Program-made: the position numbers and the translations under genes
NCBI GenBank assembly: GCA_963837335.1
Contig: CAWINS010000086.1
Location: 24,114-88,113 of the forward strand
From: an uncultured Actinomycetes bacterium
GTDB lineage: Bacteria; Actinomycetota; Actinomycetes; Streptosporangiales; Streptosporangiaceae
DNA length: 64,000 bases
Reading direction: 5' to 3'
The notes under the pieces: model-generated
Databases searched by the model: none
Seen by the model: only the letters and a program-made list of their open reading frames with translations
What the model was told of the DNA's origin: nothing
In this document: one piece after another, positions 47,896 to 56,982 of the stretch
How positions within the stretch are numbered: the stretch's first letter is position 1
Layout: the number at the start of each line of letters is the position of its first letter

Positions 47896-48471
47896 ATGCC
47901 GAGTGTGTTCGACGTACTGGGTCAGGATCATCAAGAGGTCAAGCGGATGCTGTCCGAGCTTGAGAAGGGCCCGACCGCCGCGACCGGCGCCAGCGACAAT
48001 CACCTGATGCTCCGCAAGAAGATGGTGGAGCAGCTGATCATCGAGGAATCCAAGCACGAGGCGCTGGAGGAGATGTACTTCTGGCCCGTCGTGCGGGACC
48101 GGCTCCCCGGCGGGAACCACCTCGCGGACACCGCCACCGGCCAGGAGCAGGAAGGCAAGCAAGTCCTGGATCAGCTGGACAAGCTGAACGCGGACCAGCC
48201 CGAATTCGAGCACCTGGTAGTCACGTTCATCGGCGCGGGCCGGGAGCACATCGCTTATGAGGAGGTCGAGGTCTGGCCGCTGCTCCGCGGAACGCTCACC
48301 GAGGAGGAGGCCGTCAGCATCGGCGACAAGATCGCTGCGGGCAAGAAGACCGCCCCGACCCGCCCGCACCCGAACACGCCGCCGTCACCGAGCGTGCTCA
48401 AGGGGGCCGGTCCCGCGGTAGCCGCGGCCGACCGGGTCCGCGACACGGCCACCGGCCGCGGCCGTGACTGA
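47896..48471 (+). CDS. Hemerythrin (HHE cation-binding) domain protein
   Basis: 191 aa with DVLGQDHQEVKRML, ESKHEALEEMYFWP and REHIAYEEVEVWP. The RBS AAAGGAGGA is upstream. It is deleted from copy B. Confidence 0.85.
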   Translation: MPSVFDVLGQDHQEVKRMLSELEKGPTAATGASDNHLMLRKKMVEQLIIEESKHEALEEMYFWPVVRDRLPGGNHLADTATGQEQEGKQVLDQLDKLNADQPEFEHLVVTFIGAGREHIAYEEVEVWPLLRGTLTEEEAVSIGDKIAAGKKTAPTRPHPNTPPSPSVLKGAGPAVAAADRVRDTATGRGRD

Positions 48472-48522
48472 CGGGGAACCAGCGAGAGGTCAGGCTGGCC
48501 GGAGCGGGCCTGCAGCGGACAG

Positions 48523-48915
48523 ATGGACGGAGCACTGATGAGAGCAGTTACCTGGCAAGGCAAGCGTGACGTCCGGATCGAGCAAGTTCCCGATCCGGTG
48601 ATCAAGGAACCTAACGACGCGATCGTGCGGATCACCAGCACCAACATCTGCGGTTCGGACCTGCACCTGTACGAGGTACTGGCGGCGTTCATGGAGCCCG
48701 GGGACATCCTGGGTCATGAGCCCATGGGTGGTCCAGGAGGTCGGCCCGGAAGCCGCCGGGCACATCTCGCCCGGTGACCGGGTGGGTGATCCCGTTCAAC
48801 ATTTCCTGCGGGCACTGCTGGATGTGCGAAACGGCAGCTGTTCGCCCAGTGCAAGACCACGCAGAACACGGAGCAGGGCAAGGGCGCCTCCCTGTTCGGC
48901 TACACCAAGCTGTTC
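48523..48915 (+). pseudogene. Zn-dependent alcohol/formaldehyde dehydrogenase, 5' third only, at least 2 frameshifts, truncated by an IS remnant
   Basis: [34 protein letters not shown], then [33 protein letters not shown] and FAQCKTTQNTEQGKGASLFGYTKLF fall in different frames. ADH similarity ends at ~48915. Confidence 0.7.
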
Positions 48916-49150
48916 AACGACAAGCTCGCCGAATGGGAAACCTTCTACAACTACCATCGCCCCCACGGCGCCCTCGGCGGCCAGATCCCCTACGAACGCC
49001 TACGGCAGAAGACCACCCGCAACCACGACCCCCGAGTAAACGATCTACGTCAGCTGCACACCGACACTGGACTTGTGGGCGTGAAGCTGAACTTCCTGAT
49101 CGTCTCGCGTGCGGTGTCACTGCTGAGGCTGTCGTGCCGGGAGTCGTGGT
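48916..49150 (+). mobile_element. IS transposase remnants (rve/DDE C-terminal tail, then an N-terminal-like fragment)
   Basis: NDKLAEWETFYNYHRPHGALGGQIPYERLRQKT is a typical integrase-core C-terminus. It is followed by LNFLIVSRAVSLLRLSCRESWWKDA, which resembles actinobacterial transposase N-termini. No intact transposase and no inverted repeats were identified. Confidence 0.55.
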
Positions 49151-49477
49151 GGAAAGATGCCCATCGACCGCCTCACCGTGATGCGGCCAGGTCTGCTGTA
49201 CAGGCGGCCCTTCGGGGAATGCCCGAACCGGGGATGCTCTAGGCAGGGCCTGACTGGCAGCGGTATCGGCGCCGCCATCAGCTGCAATCTGCTGCACGTC
49301 GCCGGGGTCCCGGGCGGCTGCTTGCGCCAACGCACGCGCTGCGACCTACGATGCAAATCTCATCGGCACCGCCTCACGTGCCACCAGCAGGCGTGGCCTG
49401 ACCAGCCGGGGCCCTGGTCGCAGACTCCCCGGTGGCACGAGCCAGCCGGCGAACCGCCAGCCAGCATTCCTGGCCCG

Positions 49478-49502
49478 GTTTGGGCGCAGTAGCGAGGGGT
49501 AG
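49478..49502 (+). promoter_or_regulatory. Candidate sigma-B/sigma-F-type promoter GTTT-N15-GGGTAG upstream of the OBAP gene
   Basis: GTTT at 49478-49481, a 15-nt spacer and GGGTAG at 49497-49502, 55 nt upstream of ATG 49557. Confidence 0.5.
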
Positions 49503-49556
49503 CGCGGGGTGTTCTTGATCGAGCTGAAGGACTCACCGCCCACCGAAGGAGTGACC

Positions 49557-50345
49557 ATGCCGCGCTACACCACTTCGAGCCGGAAGAAACAGCCCGCACA
49601 GCAACTGGCCGGGGGCATGGGCATCGCTTTCGCAGCCGGGGCAGTGACGGCAGCCAGCCTGATCCTGGGCCGCAAGGCGGTGACGGCAGCGAAGGTCGGC
49701 AAAGGCCATCCCCTGAAGCACCGCATGCTCGACGCAGCCTCGGGCGCCATGCAAACGAAGTACCCGCTGGCCGCGATGAGCACCTATCTGAACGGCTTCC
49801 ACATGTACGCCGACGACATGGGCCGGCAGGTGGAGGCGTCGCATTTCTGCATCCACCTGCGTCCCGATCTGCATGAGTGCGTAATCTTCGATTGCAATGA
49901 GCCTGACGCCCGCCTGATCGGGATCGAGTACATCACCAGTGAGGAGCGGTTCCGGAGCCTGCCCGACGACGAGAAGCGCTTGTGGCACAGCCACCACTAT
50001 GAGGTCAAGTCCGGCATCCTGGTCGCCCCGGGGGTTCCTGACCTGGCCGAACACACCTACTTTGACGATCTGGTGTCGACCTACGGGAAGACGTTCCACA
50101 CCTGGCAGTATGACCGCGATGATTTCCCTTACGGAGTCCCGCAGCTGATGATGGGCCTGACCGGGGACGGCCAGGCCAATGAGACCCTGATCAACGAGCG
50201 GGACCGCAGGCTCGGCATCTCTACCCCGCACAAGCGCCAGAACCGAGCGGACATCCCGTGGCCGGAGGTGGTGCCGGGCGCCAACTCCTGGGAGAGCGGG
50301 CGGACCGTGCAGACGTGCCTGCAGGAGAGGGACTTCAAGCAGTAG
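49557..50345 (+). CDS. OBAP-family (oil-body-associated protein-like, DUF1264) protein
   Basis: ATG 49557 follows the RBS GAAGGAG. Motifs are YLNGFHMYADD..ASHFCIH..LIGIEYITSEERF..EKRLWHSHHYEVKSG. Confidence 0.8.
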   Translation: MPRYTTSSRKKQPAQQLAGGMGIAFAAGAVTAASLILGRKAVTAAKVGKGHPLKHRMLDAASGAMQTKYPLAAMSTYLNGFHMYADDMGRQVEASHFCIHLRPDLHECVIFDCNEPDARLIGIEYITSEERFRSLPDDEKRLWHSHHYEVKSGILVAPGVPDLAEHTYFDDLVSTYGKTFHTWQYDRDDFPYGVPQLMMGLTGDGQANETLINERDRRLGISTPHKRQNRADIPWPEVVPGANSWESGRTVQTCLQERDFKQ

Positions 50346-50640
50346 TCACGCCGGCTTGCACCCCTGGCACCAGCTCATCGGATAAGCCACTCCCGGACCC
50401 GGAACCAGCCTATGGCGCGATCGGGCCGACAGCCTGTCCGCCCCCTGTACACCTCCGGTCCGCGAGGCACCAAAACTTCTGCCTGGCCCTGGCGTGCAAG
50501 GGCTCAGTCTCCGAAGCCGTATGCGCGGGCGCAGCAAGCAGGGTGCGGCCGCGTCTTTGCGACCTCGGAGGCTGCTCTATTCTCCTGGCTGGATTAGGCC
50601 GCTGCCACGGCTACAGCCGTTAGCTAATGCGGCCAGCGCG

Positions 50641-51026
50641 GTGACGAGCTTTCAGCCACACCGCGCCATCGTTACCGCCTCGGACTCCGGCATCGGCCGT
50701 GCGACGGCCGTCGCCCTCGCCGCGTCGGGGATGGACATCGGCGTCACCTGGCACTCCGATGAGGTAGGGGCGCAGACACCGCCGCTGAGGTCCGTGCCAC
50801 CGGGGTCAACGCCGAGGTGGCCCGGCTGGACACGGCCGACCTGCCTAGCTGCGGGGACGTCATCGACGAACTGGTCGGCCGCCTGGACGGCGTGGACGTG
50901 TTCGTGAGCAACGCTGGCACCGGGACGAGCACGCTGGCTCTGGACATGACGTTTGAGGAATGGCGCCACGTGATGACACGCCGATACGCCGGGCTGGCCG
51001 ACTGCCGCCGGCGGCTCTTGCTGTAG
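50641..51026 (+). pseudogene. SDR-family oxidoreductase fragment (N-terminal ~110 aa, frameshifted, truncated)
   Basis: AIVTASDSGIGRATAVALAASGMDIGVTWHSDE in one frame and ARLDTADLPSCGDVIDELVGRLDGVDVFVSNAG..FEEWRHV in another. The catalytic YxxxK region is missing. Confidence 0.55.
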
Positions 51027-51109
51027 TGCTTCAGCGAGCGGCTGGCTGAGCCGTGCGGGGCGGCGGGGCGGCAACTGCGGCTTCGGGCGGTCCAGGCCAG
51101 CCTGCCGTG

Positions 51110-51279
51110 ATGAACAGGTGCTGCTGGCCGGTCCGGGTGGAGCACGCCGACTGGGGTCGTGGCAGGGTGCTGACCAGCGAGGACGAGCGGATGACCGTGC
51201 TGTCCGACGAGGTCGGCTACCAGGAACTGGCCACCGGGGGGTGCCCGGGGAACAGTTGCTCAGCCTGGTCGGCCGCTGA
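51110..51279 (+). pseudogene. DUF3553-like small protein, frameshift in a G6 run
   Basis: VRVEHADWGRGRVLTSEDERMTVLSDEVGYQEL, then after the G-run at 51236-51241 the tail VPGEQLLSLVGR* is in another frame. Confidence 0.4.
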
Positions 51280-51320
51280 GCCGGCGCTCCGCCCGGCCGG
51301 TCCGGGCCGGGAGCCTGGCC

Positions 51321-53274
51321 TGTGTAGTGTTTCGAGGGGGGGTATGGGGGGGAAGGAGGTGACGGTGGTGCGGTGCTGCGGTAGGATGAGGTGGTAACAA
51401 TAGTGAGGAGGTTGGGGAGATGGGCGAGGGGAGAGCGTTGGTGTTGCAGTCAGATCAAGGCAGCGAGAGCAGCTCGGTGAGGTTCGCTCACCTCAGCAGC
51501 TCGGAGAGGGTCAAGTGTGGTTGCGCAGCGTAGTAGGTATGATAGTGGGGAAGAGCTTGAGCGTCGGAAGGAATACGCGGTGCAGCTCGGCTCCAGCCCG
51601 ACGTAGCTGCAGGAAGGCAGATGAGAGGACAGCTGGTTCAAGGTGAGACGCAAGGTGTGAGAGCGCTGCAGGCTCTCGCAGCGAATAGAGGCACTTAGAG
51701 GGCTTCTACGATGCGGAGGCGCAAGGCGAGGTGCAGGACAGGGGAGTGGCTGAGAGTGTTGGAATGCAGGATAACGCATCGACTGAAGCGAGGAGAGCAA
51801 GGGCAGAGAGCGAGGGTGAAACGGAGAGGGGGAGCGATAGGGCGCTAGGCCAGTGGTGGGATAGGAACTCAGCTTGTACGTAGATATGTCACGTTGGCGG
51901 GCTGGTTTGCGCTTTGCAGGACAGGCAGAGGTACAGCGGAGAGCTGGAGGCACTTGCTAAGAAAAAGAAGAGATAGGAAGATGAGAGAAAGAAAAGAGTA
52001 AAAGAGATGAAGGAAGAAAAGGTAATGGGGGGTGTAAGAAGATAAGTAAGGGAAGAGAGAGAAGGTGATAGTAGAGAAGAGAAGAGAGAAAAAATAGAAG
52101 AGAGATAGAAGATAAATAAGTTCGAAGAAAGAGTGAAAGAGTTAAGAGAAGGAAATGAGATAAAGTAGATAGAAGAAGGAATGGAAGTAGATATGATAAA
52201 AGGAAAGAGAAAAGAAGTGATAAAAGAAAAGTAAGAGAAGAGTTAAATAAAAAGAAGATAGGAAATGGATAGAAGAGAAAGAAAAGAAGAGAGCTAATAA
52301 GGGAGGGGAGAGGACTAGGTAAAGAGGGAGGAGAGAGGGAGGGAATGAGGTGTATAGGTAAGAGGTGAGAGAGAGGAGAGGTAAAAGGAGAGTGAGAGCA
52401 GATGGGATAGCTAAGATTGCAACTGGAGGGTTACTCTTGCAATTGCAGGAAAAGGTAGATATAGGTTAAGTTAAGGAAGTCAGCGGTAAGAGAGCAAATC
52501 TGCTATAACTGGTAGATATAAAGGTGGGAGTAAAGGTGGGTGCAATGCGCTGAGAGCGGGTAGAGCAGTTTTCTGTTCGTAGATCGCAGAGTCTGGGATG
52601 CAGCTAGGAGAGCTAGGTGGACACTGAGATACTGAAAAGGAGATGATACAGGTAAGAAAAAGAGGAGTTAGATAAGGAGAGTAAGAGTAATAGGTGAGAT
52701 AGAGAAAGGATAATATAGAGAGCGAGGAGAGATGATCTACTATTAGTAAAAAAAGAAAGGAAAAGGAGATAGGTGAGGAATATATAAGAGGAATGGTAAA
52801 GCTAACAGAGGAGGAGGAGAGGGTATAAGAGATAAAGGAGTAAAGAAGGGAGGAAAAGGAGAAAAGGAAGAGGAGGGAGGGGGTTGATAGAGGGAGAGAG
52901 ATAGGTAATAGAAGGAGAGGAGAGAAGGGTAAAAGAGAAAGAGAGAGGAAAGGACAGGGAGAGGAAAAGGAAAGATGAGGAGGTATAGATAGGTAGGGAA
53001 TAGGGATGCTAGGAGAGAGCTAGGCGATGATAAGATTGCGAGATGTGTTATAGAGAGGCAAGAGAGACAAAAAGAAACTGGTAAAGATAAGGGAAAGGAA
53101 AGATGAGATATAAAGAGAAAATGAAAGAAAAAATAAAAATAAATGAATAAAGAAGAAGATATAGAAAAGAGTAAGAAGAAAGAAAAAATATAAGTAGAGA
53201 TATGTAAGATAAATATAGGAAATGATATATAGATGAAGTGAGAGAGAAATGAAAAAGAGAAAAAGAAAAGGAGG
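51321..53274 (+). other. Cytosine-depleted polypurine tract (~1.95 kb), a progressively degraded partial copy of 37.5-39.2 kb
   Basis: By eye there are 3 C in 51961-52380 and ~13 C in 52641-53274. Collinear matches to the + strand of the FAD/Fe-S gene region include 51577-51602 vs 37655-37680 (25/26) and 51662-51679 = 37947-37964 (18/18). No credible ORF on either strand. Confidence 0.9.
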
Positions 53275-53282
53275 CTCCGATC

Positions 53283-53699
53283 ATGCTCATGCGCACCGAC
53301 TCATTCCGCGACCTGGACCGGCTCACTCAGCAGGTGTTCGGCACGCCGCTCGTACTGCCGCGATGCCGATGGACGCCTACCGGCAGGGCGACAGTTTCTA
53401 CATCCACCTCGACCTGCCTGGCGTCAACCTGAGTTCATCGACCTCACTGTCGAGCAGAACGTGCTGACCATCCGCGCCGAACGCGCCCGGTGAAAGCTGA
53501 CGGCGCCGAGATGATCGTCGCCGAGCGGCCCTACGGCACCTTCACTCGGCAGGTCTTCCTCGGCGAGACCTCGACGCCGACAAGATCGCCGCCGACTACG
53601 CGGCCGCGTGCTGACCTGACCATCCCAGTCCACGAGGTGGCCAAGCCCCGCAGCATCCAGGTCAGCAGCAGCGACCAGAAACAGGCCGTCACCGCGTAA
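53283..53699 (+). pseudogene. Hsp20/alpha-crystallin small heat-shock protein with at least 4 frameshifts
   Basis: The RBS AAGGAGG is 7 nt upstream of ATG 53283. MLMRTDSFRDLDRLTQQVFGT / ARTAAMPMDAYRQGDSFYIHLDLPGVN / IDLTVEQNVLTIRAERA / ADGAEMIVAERPYGTFTRQVFLGE / LDADKIAADYAA / LTIPVHEVAKPRSIQV are scattered over all three + frames. Confidence 0.8.
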
Positions 53700-53719
53700 T
53701 GCTCTGACCGCAGCATCCC

Positions 53720-53753
53720 GGCATGGGCCGTCGTCCGCTAGGCGGCCCATGCC
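53720..53753. terminator. Hairpin following the hsp20 stop (homologue of 41465-41497)
   Basis: ggcatgggccg (53720-53730) pairs with cggcccatgcc (53743-53753), 21 nt after TAA 53697-53699. There is no U-tract. Confidence 0.4.
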
Positions 53754-54039
53754 GCCGAATCCGGGGCACGATCCGGGCAACGCAATAGGCACAGGTGGGC
53801 CGCCATCTGCAAATGACCCACTCAAGTGCGTGTTGCGATACGAGTACAGGGACGGGGCTCCTCTTTCTCTGCCAGCAGGAGTCAGCTGTGGATATTTCCC
53901 GCAAGTCATAGCCACACACCTGGGGCAAAAGGACTTGGGGGGCGGCCGGACCACGAGCGTGAGGCGGCGGGACGGCCCTCGGCCAGGTAGGAGACACACT
54001 GCCGAGGGCAAGCCGGTGCGCGCTGAGCAGGTGCAATTC

Positions 54040-54064
54040 GTTTCTGAGCGCATCCGGCGGGTAG
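54040..54064 (+). promoter_or_regulatory. Candidate sigma-B/sigma-F-type promoter GTTT-N15-GGGTAG (copy B)
   Basis: GTTT at 54040-54043, a 15-nt spacer and GGGTAG at 54059-54064, upstream of ATG 54097. Confidence 0.5.
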
Positions 54065-54096
54065 CGGCGGCACCACGGCAAGCTACGGAGGAAATC

Positions 54097-54521
54097 ATGT
54101 CAGAGCAGACAACTCCTGAGCACGGTGCCCCAGAGCAGGGCACCCCGAACGAGCCCACCACCGGCAACGAGCAGGGATTCGGCGTTGGCGAGGACAATCA
54201 TGGGTGGGCTCCGGATGTGCAGTCGTCCGGGAAAACGAGCGGAGCAGGCATAAGGCCTGGGAAGCCAACGACACGCAAGATGCCGCCCATGGCGACGGCG
54301 ATTCCTCACCTGACCCCGACGACCCGCGGTTGCCGCCGGAGAACGTCGGGCAGAGTACGGCGGCGAGTGGCGAGGACATCGGAGACCGTGACGGCAAAGA
54401 GGCTGGACGCCAGGACACTGGTACTCAAGGGGCGAGCGAGAGGCCGACAGGAACGTCCACGGCTAGGGATGTCACAAGCGTGAATCCGCAGGATCCCATT
54501 GAACCTGAATCGCCGAACTAG
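54097..54521 (+). CDS. Small acidic hydrophilic protein(s), read in two frames (copy B)
   Basis: The MSEQTTPEHGAPEQGTPNEPTTGNEQGFGVGEDNHGWAPDVQSSGKT frame starts at 54097. The conserved KAWEANDTQDAAHGDGDSSPDP...VNPQDPIEPESPN frame (track ORF 54204-54521) is -1 relative to it. Confidence 0.35.
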
Positions 54522-54810
54522 GGCTAAGCCGGGCTAAATCTCGGTCCACCACCGGCGAGGAGACAGGTGGTACCGTCGGCAACGACGCGGTCCCGGCCGA
54601 CAGCCGCACCCACAGTGCAACACCGCCAGCGGGCGGAAGGCGCCACTGCGGCCTGCGCGCTGTCTCGGAGACGATGCACCCCGACGATGCGGGTTAGGGC
54701 GGAGCAACCCGCAAACGGCGGACGGGATACCACTGCGCTGCGGCCTGACGTCATGCAGGTGAGTGCGGCGCAGAATCCATGTGCCTTGCGGGCAGGTGCT
54801 CGCTGATGGC

Positions 54811-54961
54811 AGGCCCGGGAGCAGCAGGGCAAGGAGGTCGTCGCGCTGCTCGGGGAGATGGCGCCGTTGCCCGGTGCCCGAGATCTGTGGCGCTGAAGAA
54901 GCTGGGCGCGCCGCGCGACGCATCGAGCGTGATGATCGGGGACTCGGTCTGGGACGTCGAG
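54811..54961 (+). pseudogene. Deletion remnant of the HAD hydrolase gene (copy B)
   Basis: Two patches match copy A at 43213-43300 and 43468-43540. The rest of the 666-nt gene is missing. Confidence 0.6.
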
Positions 54962-55179
54962 AGCGTCCACGGTCATACCCCACGCGAGCACCGCAACCGA
55001 TGACCGCCGACGAGACAGACGCGGCTACGAGCACGAGGAGCACTCTGGCCGATGGCGGCCCTGGAAACGAGGACCGCGCGGAGTTGACTAACCAGGGACG
55101 AGAACTGGCTCGGCGACCGACACGTGCGAGACGTTCAACCCGCGCGAGGAAGGCACGGTCAGTCACCGTGCTTCCGGAC

Positions 55180-55707
55180 TCATCTGATCTGCGGTGACTG
55201 GTCCCGCCCATGATCAGCCTCTAGGTCTGGAGGTTGCGGGTCGGAGGTCGCTGCAGGCGTACTGCCCCAGTTGACGGTGTCGTCCATGATGCCGATCATC
55301 TTCCCGGCCGGGATGGCGAGTACCGCAATGGCGATGCACGCCCATAGCAGCCACCAGGCGTGCGCGATGATCGATATCCCGCCTGCGAGGGCGGCGACCA
55401 TGACCACGGTGACGAGTATCCAGGATGCGGGCTTGCCGTGGGTATGGCCCCCCTCGGGGACGTGCCGGTCTTCCAGCTGTTCCCAGGGCCGCTGACCCTG
55501 CCCGGCAGAGATCTCCCCGCTCCGGCCGCCGCGGGCAGCGCCGCGCCGTAGCTTTGCGCGCACGGCTGGGGGGAGGCCGTCGGCCAGGAAGACCATGCCG
55601 AGCAGCACGGCGAGACCCAGGATCGCGACGACAGCGGTCACTATCATCCCGGTCGTCGTACCGAGAAGTTCTGCCTGCGATGTTCTGAGTTCTGGTGGTG
55701 GTGACAC
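55180..55707 (-). CDS. Small membrane protein with an HGxxPAxW motif (copy B)
   Basis: 175 aa, a near-identical paralogue of 44175-44690 (HTHGKPASW). Confidence 0.7.
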   Translation of the reverse strand: MSPPPELRTSQAELLGTTTGMIVTAVVAILGLAVLLGMVFLADGLPPAVRAKLRRGAARGGRSGEISAGQGQRPWEQLEDRHVPEGGHTHGKPASWILVTVVMVAALAGGISIIAHAWWLLWACIAIAVLAIPAGKMIGIMDDTVNWGSTPAATSDPQPPDLEADHGRDQSPQIR

Positions 55708-55890
55708 TTGATATATCTCCCGTTCAGCTTGGTGCGCTTATGCGCGGCAAGCCCGCCCGCAGACAAACCGTCGATGAGTTGCCGGGCTCCGCGCTGCTGA
55801 TCTAAAGCCCGGCGCCCGGCTGAGAGACACAGGCCGTAAGCGGCGGTGACGGGGCCGCCCGCCTGGCGGGGTGGCCCCCGTCCGGCCGGG

Positions 55891-56789
55891 CTAGCTGAGA
55901 ACGTCCTTGATCTTTCCGGCGATGCCGGTTTCGGTGCCCATGGCTGGGCCGCCAGGCTCGCCCATGGCGCCGTCATAGGTGGCATACAGCAACGGGTCGG
56001 GCGCCGGGACCGAGGCCACATCACCCAGGGGCTGGGGGTCGGCCAGGTACCCGAACTCGTGCTGGCCATCAGGCTGGGGCCGGCCGCCCAGCCGCCGTTC
56101 TGGCCCGAGGTGCCGTCAGACAGGTGCCAGGTGGCGCTGGCGTGCTCGGCATATTCCTCGTCGAACAAGGCATTCGGTGCCACGGTCGTCTCCAGCCCGT
56201 CGGCTTGCAGTTCCTCGATTGCCTTCAGCCACAGGTTCTGGTGCAGGGTGTCACGGGCCAGGTTGAACCGCAGCATGTTGCGGACGCCGTTGTCATCGGT
56301 CATCTGATACAGCCGCGCGGTCTGCAGCCGCCCTTGCGCCTCGGCGGCGGCGTTGGCTCGGAAGTCGGCCAGCAGGTTCCCGCTGGCCACGATGTACCGG
56401 CCGTTCCACGGGTAGCCGTTGCTGTCGGCGGGCAGGGGTCCACCCCCGGCGACGATGGCCTGCTGCGGGTCCATCCCGCCCAGCACCGCGCCGACCACCG
56501 GGTCGGCCAGGGCGGCTTTCGTGGTGGCGGTAGCCGGGGCGCCTTCCAGAAGACGGGCCACCATGGTGGCGATCATCTCCACATGGCCCATCTCTTCGGT
56601 GGCGACATCCATGATCAGGTCTTTGTACTTGCCAGGCATCCGGCAGTTCCAGCCCTGAAACAGGTACTGCATGGTCACGGTCATCTCGCCGTAGGCGCCA
56701 CCGATCAGCTCTTGCAGCTTGTGCGCGTACACCGGGTCGGGCTGGTCTGGCTTGGACTCGAACTGCAGACGAGAGGTGTGCCTGAACAT
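55891..56789 (-). pseudogene. Manganese catalase (copy B), C-terminal frameshift
   Basis: Identical to copy A up to ...GGWAAGP. Then a G4 run (56076-79) replaces the G5 run of copy A (45045-49), shifting the last ~60 codons. The shifted frame runs on to 55644. Confidence 0.75.
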
Positions 56790-56982
56790 CAGCGGCGGCC
56801 TCACTTCCGTGATGGTGCCCGCAGTCATCGTCCGGCTCATCCGGGGTCTTGCGGGCTGTGCTCTGAGGCCGCGTTTTGACCTGGGCAACACCGCTGCCCA
56901 CAGACGAGCCCGGCATGCGCGCCTGGCCTAAGATTCCAGTCGGCCTTGGTCTGAGCGCCAGTCAGGGGGAAGGAGGACCCAG

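Larger units (their letters stand above)
41454..48702 (+). repeat. Segmental duplication, copy A (longer version)
   Basis: Collinear by eye at roughly 90-95% identity with 53709-58837. It additionally contains 42.54-43.21 kb, most of the HAD gene, and 47766-48659 (hemerythrin plus the ADH 5' end). Confidence 0.9.

Noticed and set aside
51321-53274. A diversity-generating retroelement (TR/VR mutagenic copying) as the explanation for the degraded copy.
   Set aside because: DGR mutagenesis targets template adenines, but here template cytosines are replaced. There is no reverse transcriptase or accessory gene in the window, and the copy is non-coding and nearly 2 kb long.
51450-53326. Minus-strand ORFs 51450-51953 (167 aa) and 53048-53326 (92 aa) inside the polypurine tract.
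   Set aside because: They exist only because a C/T-rich strand lacks stop codons. The peptides are Ser/Leu/Phe/Pro low-complexity, with no RBS and no similarity to any known family.
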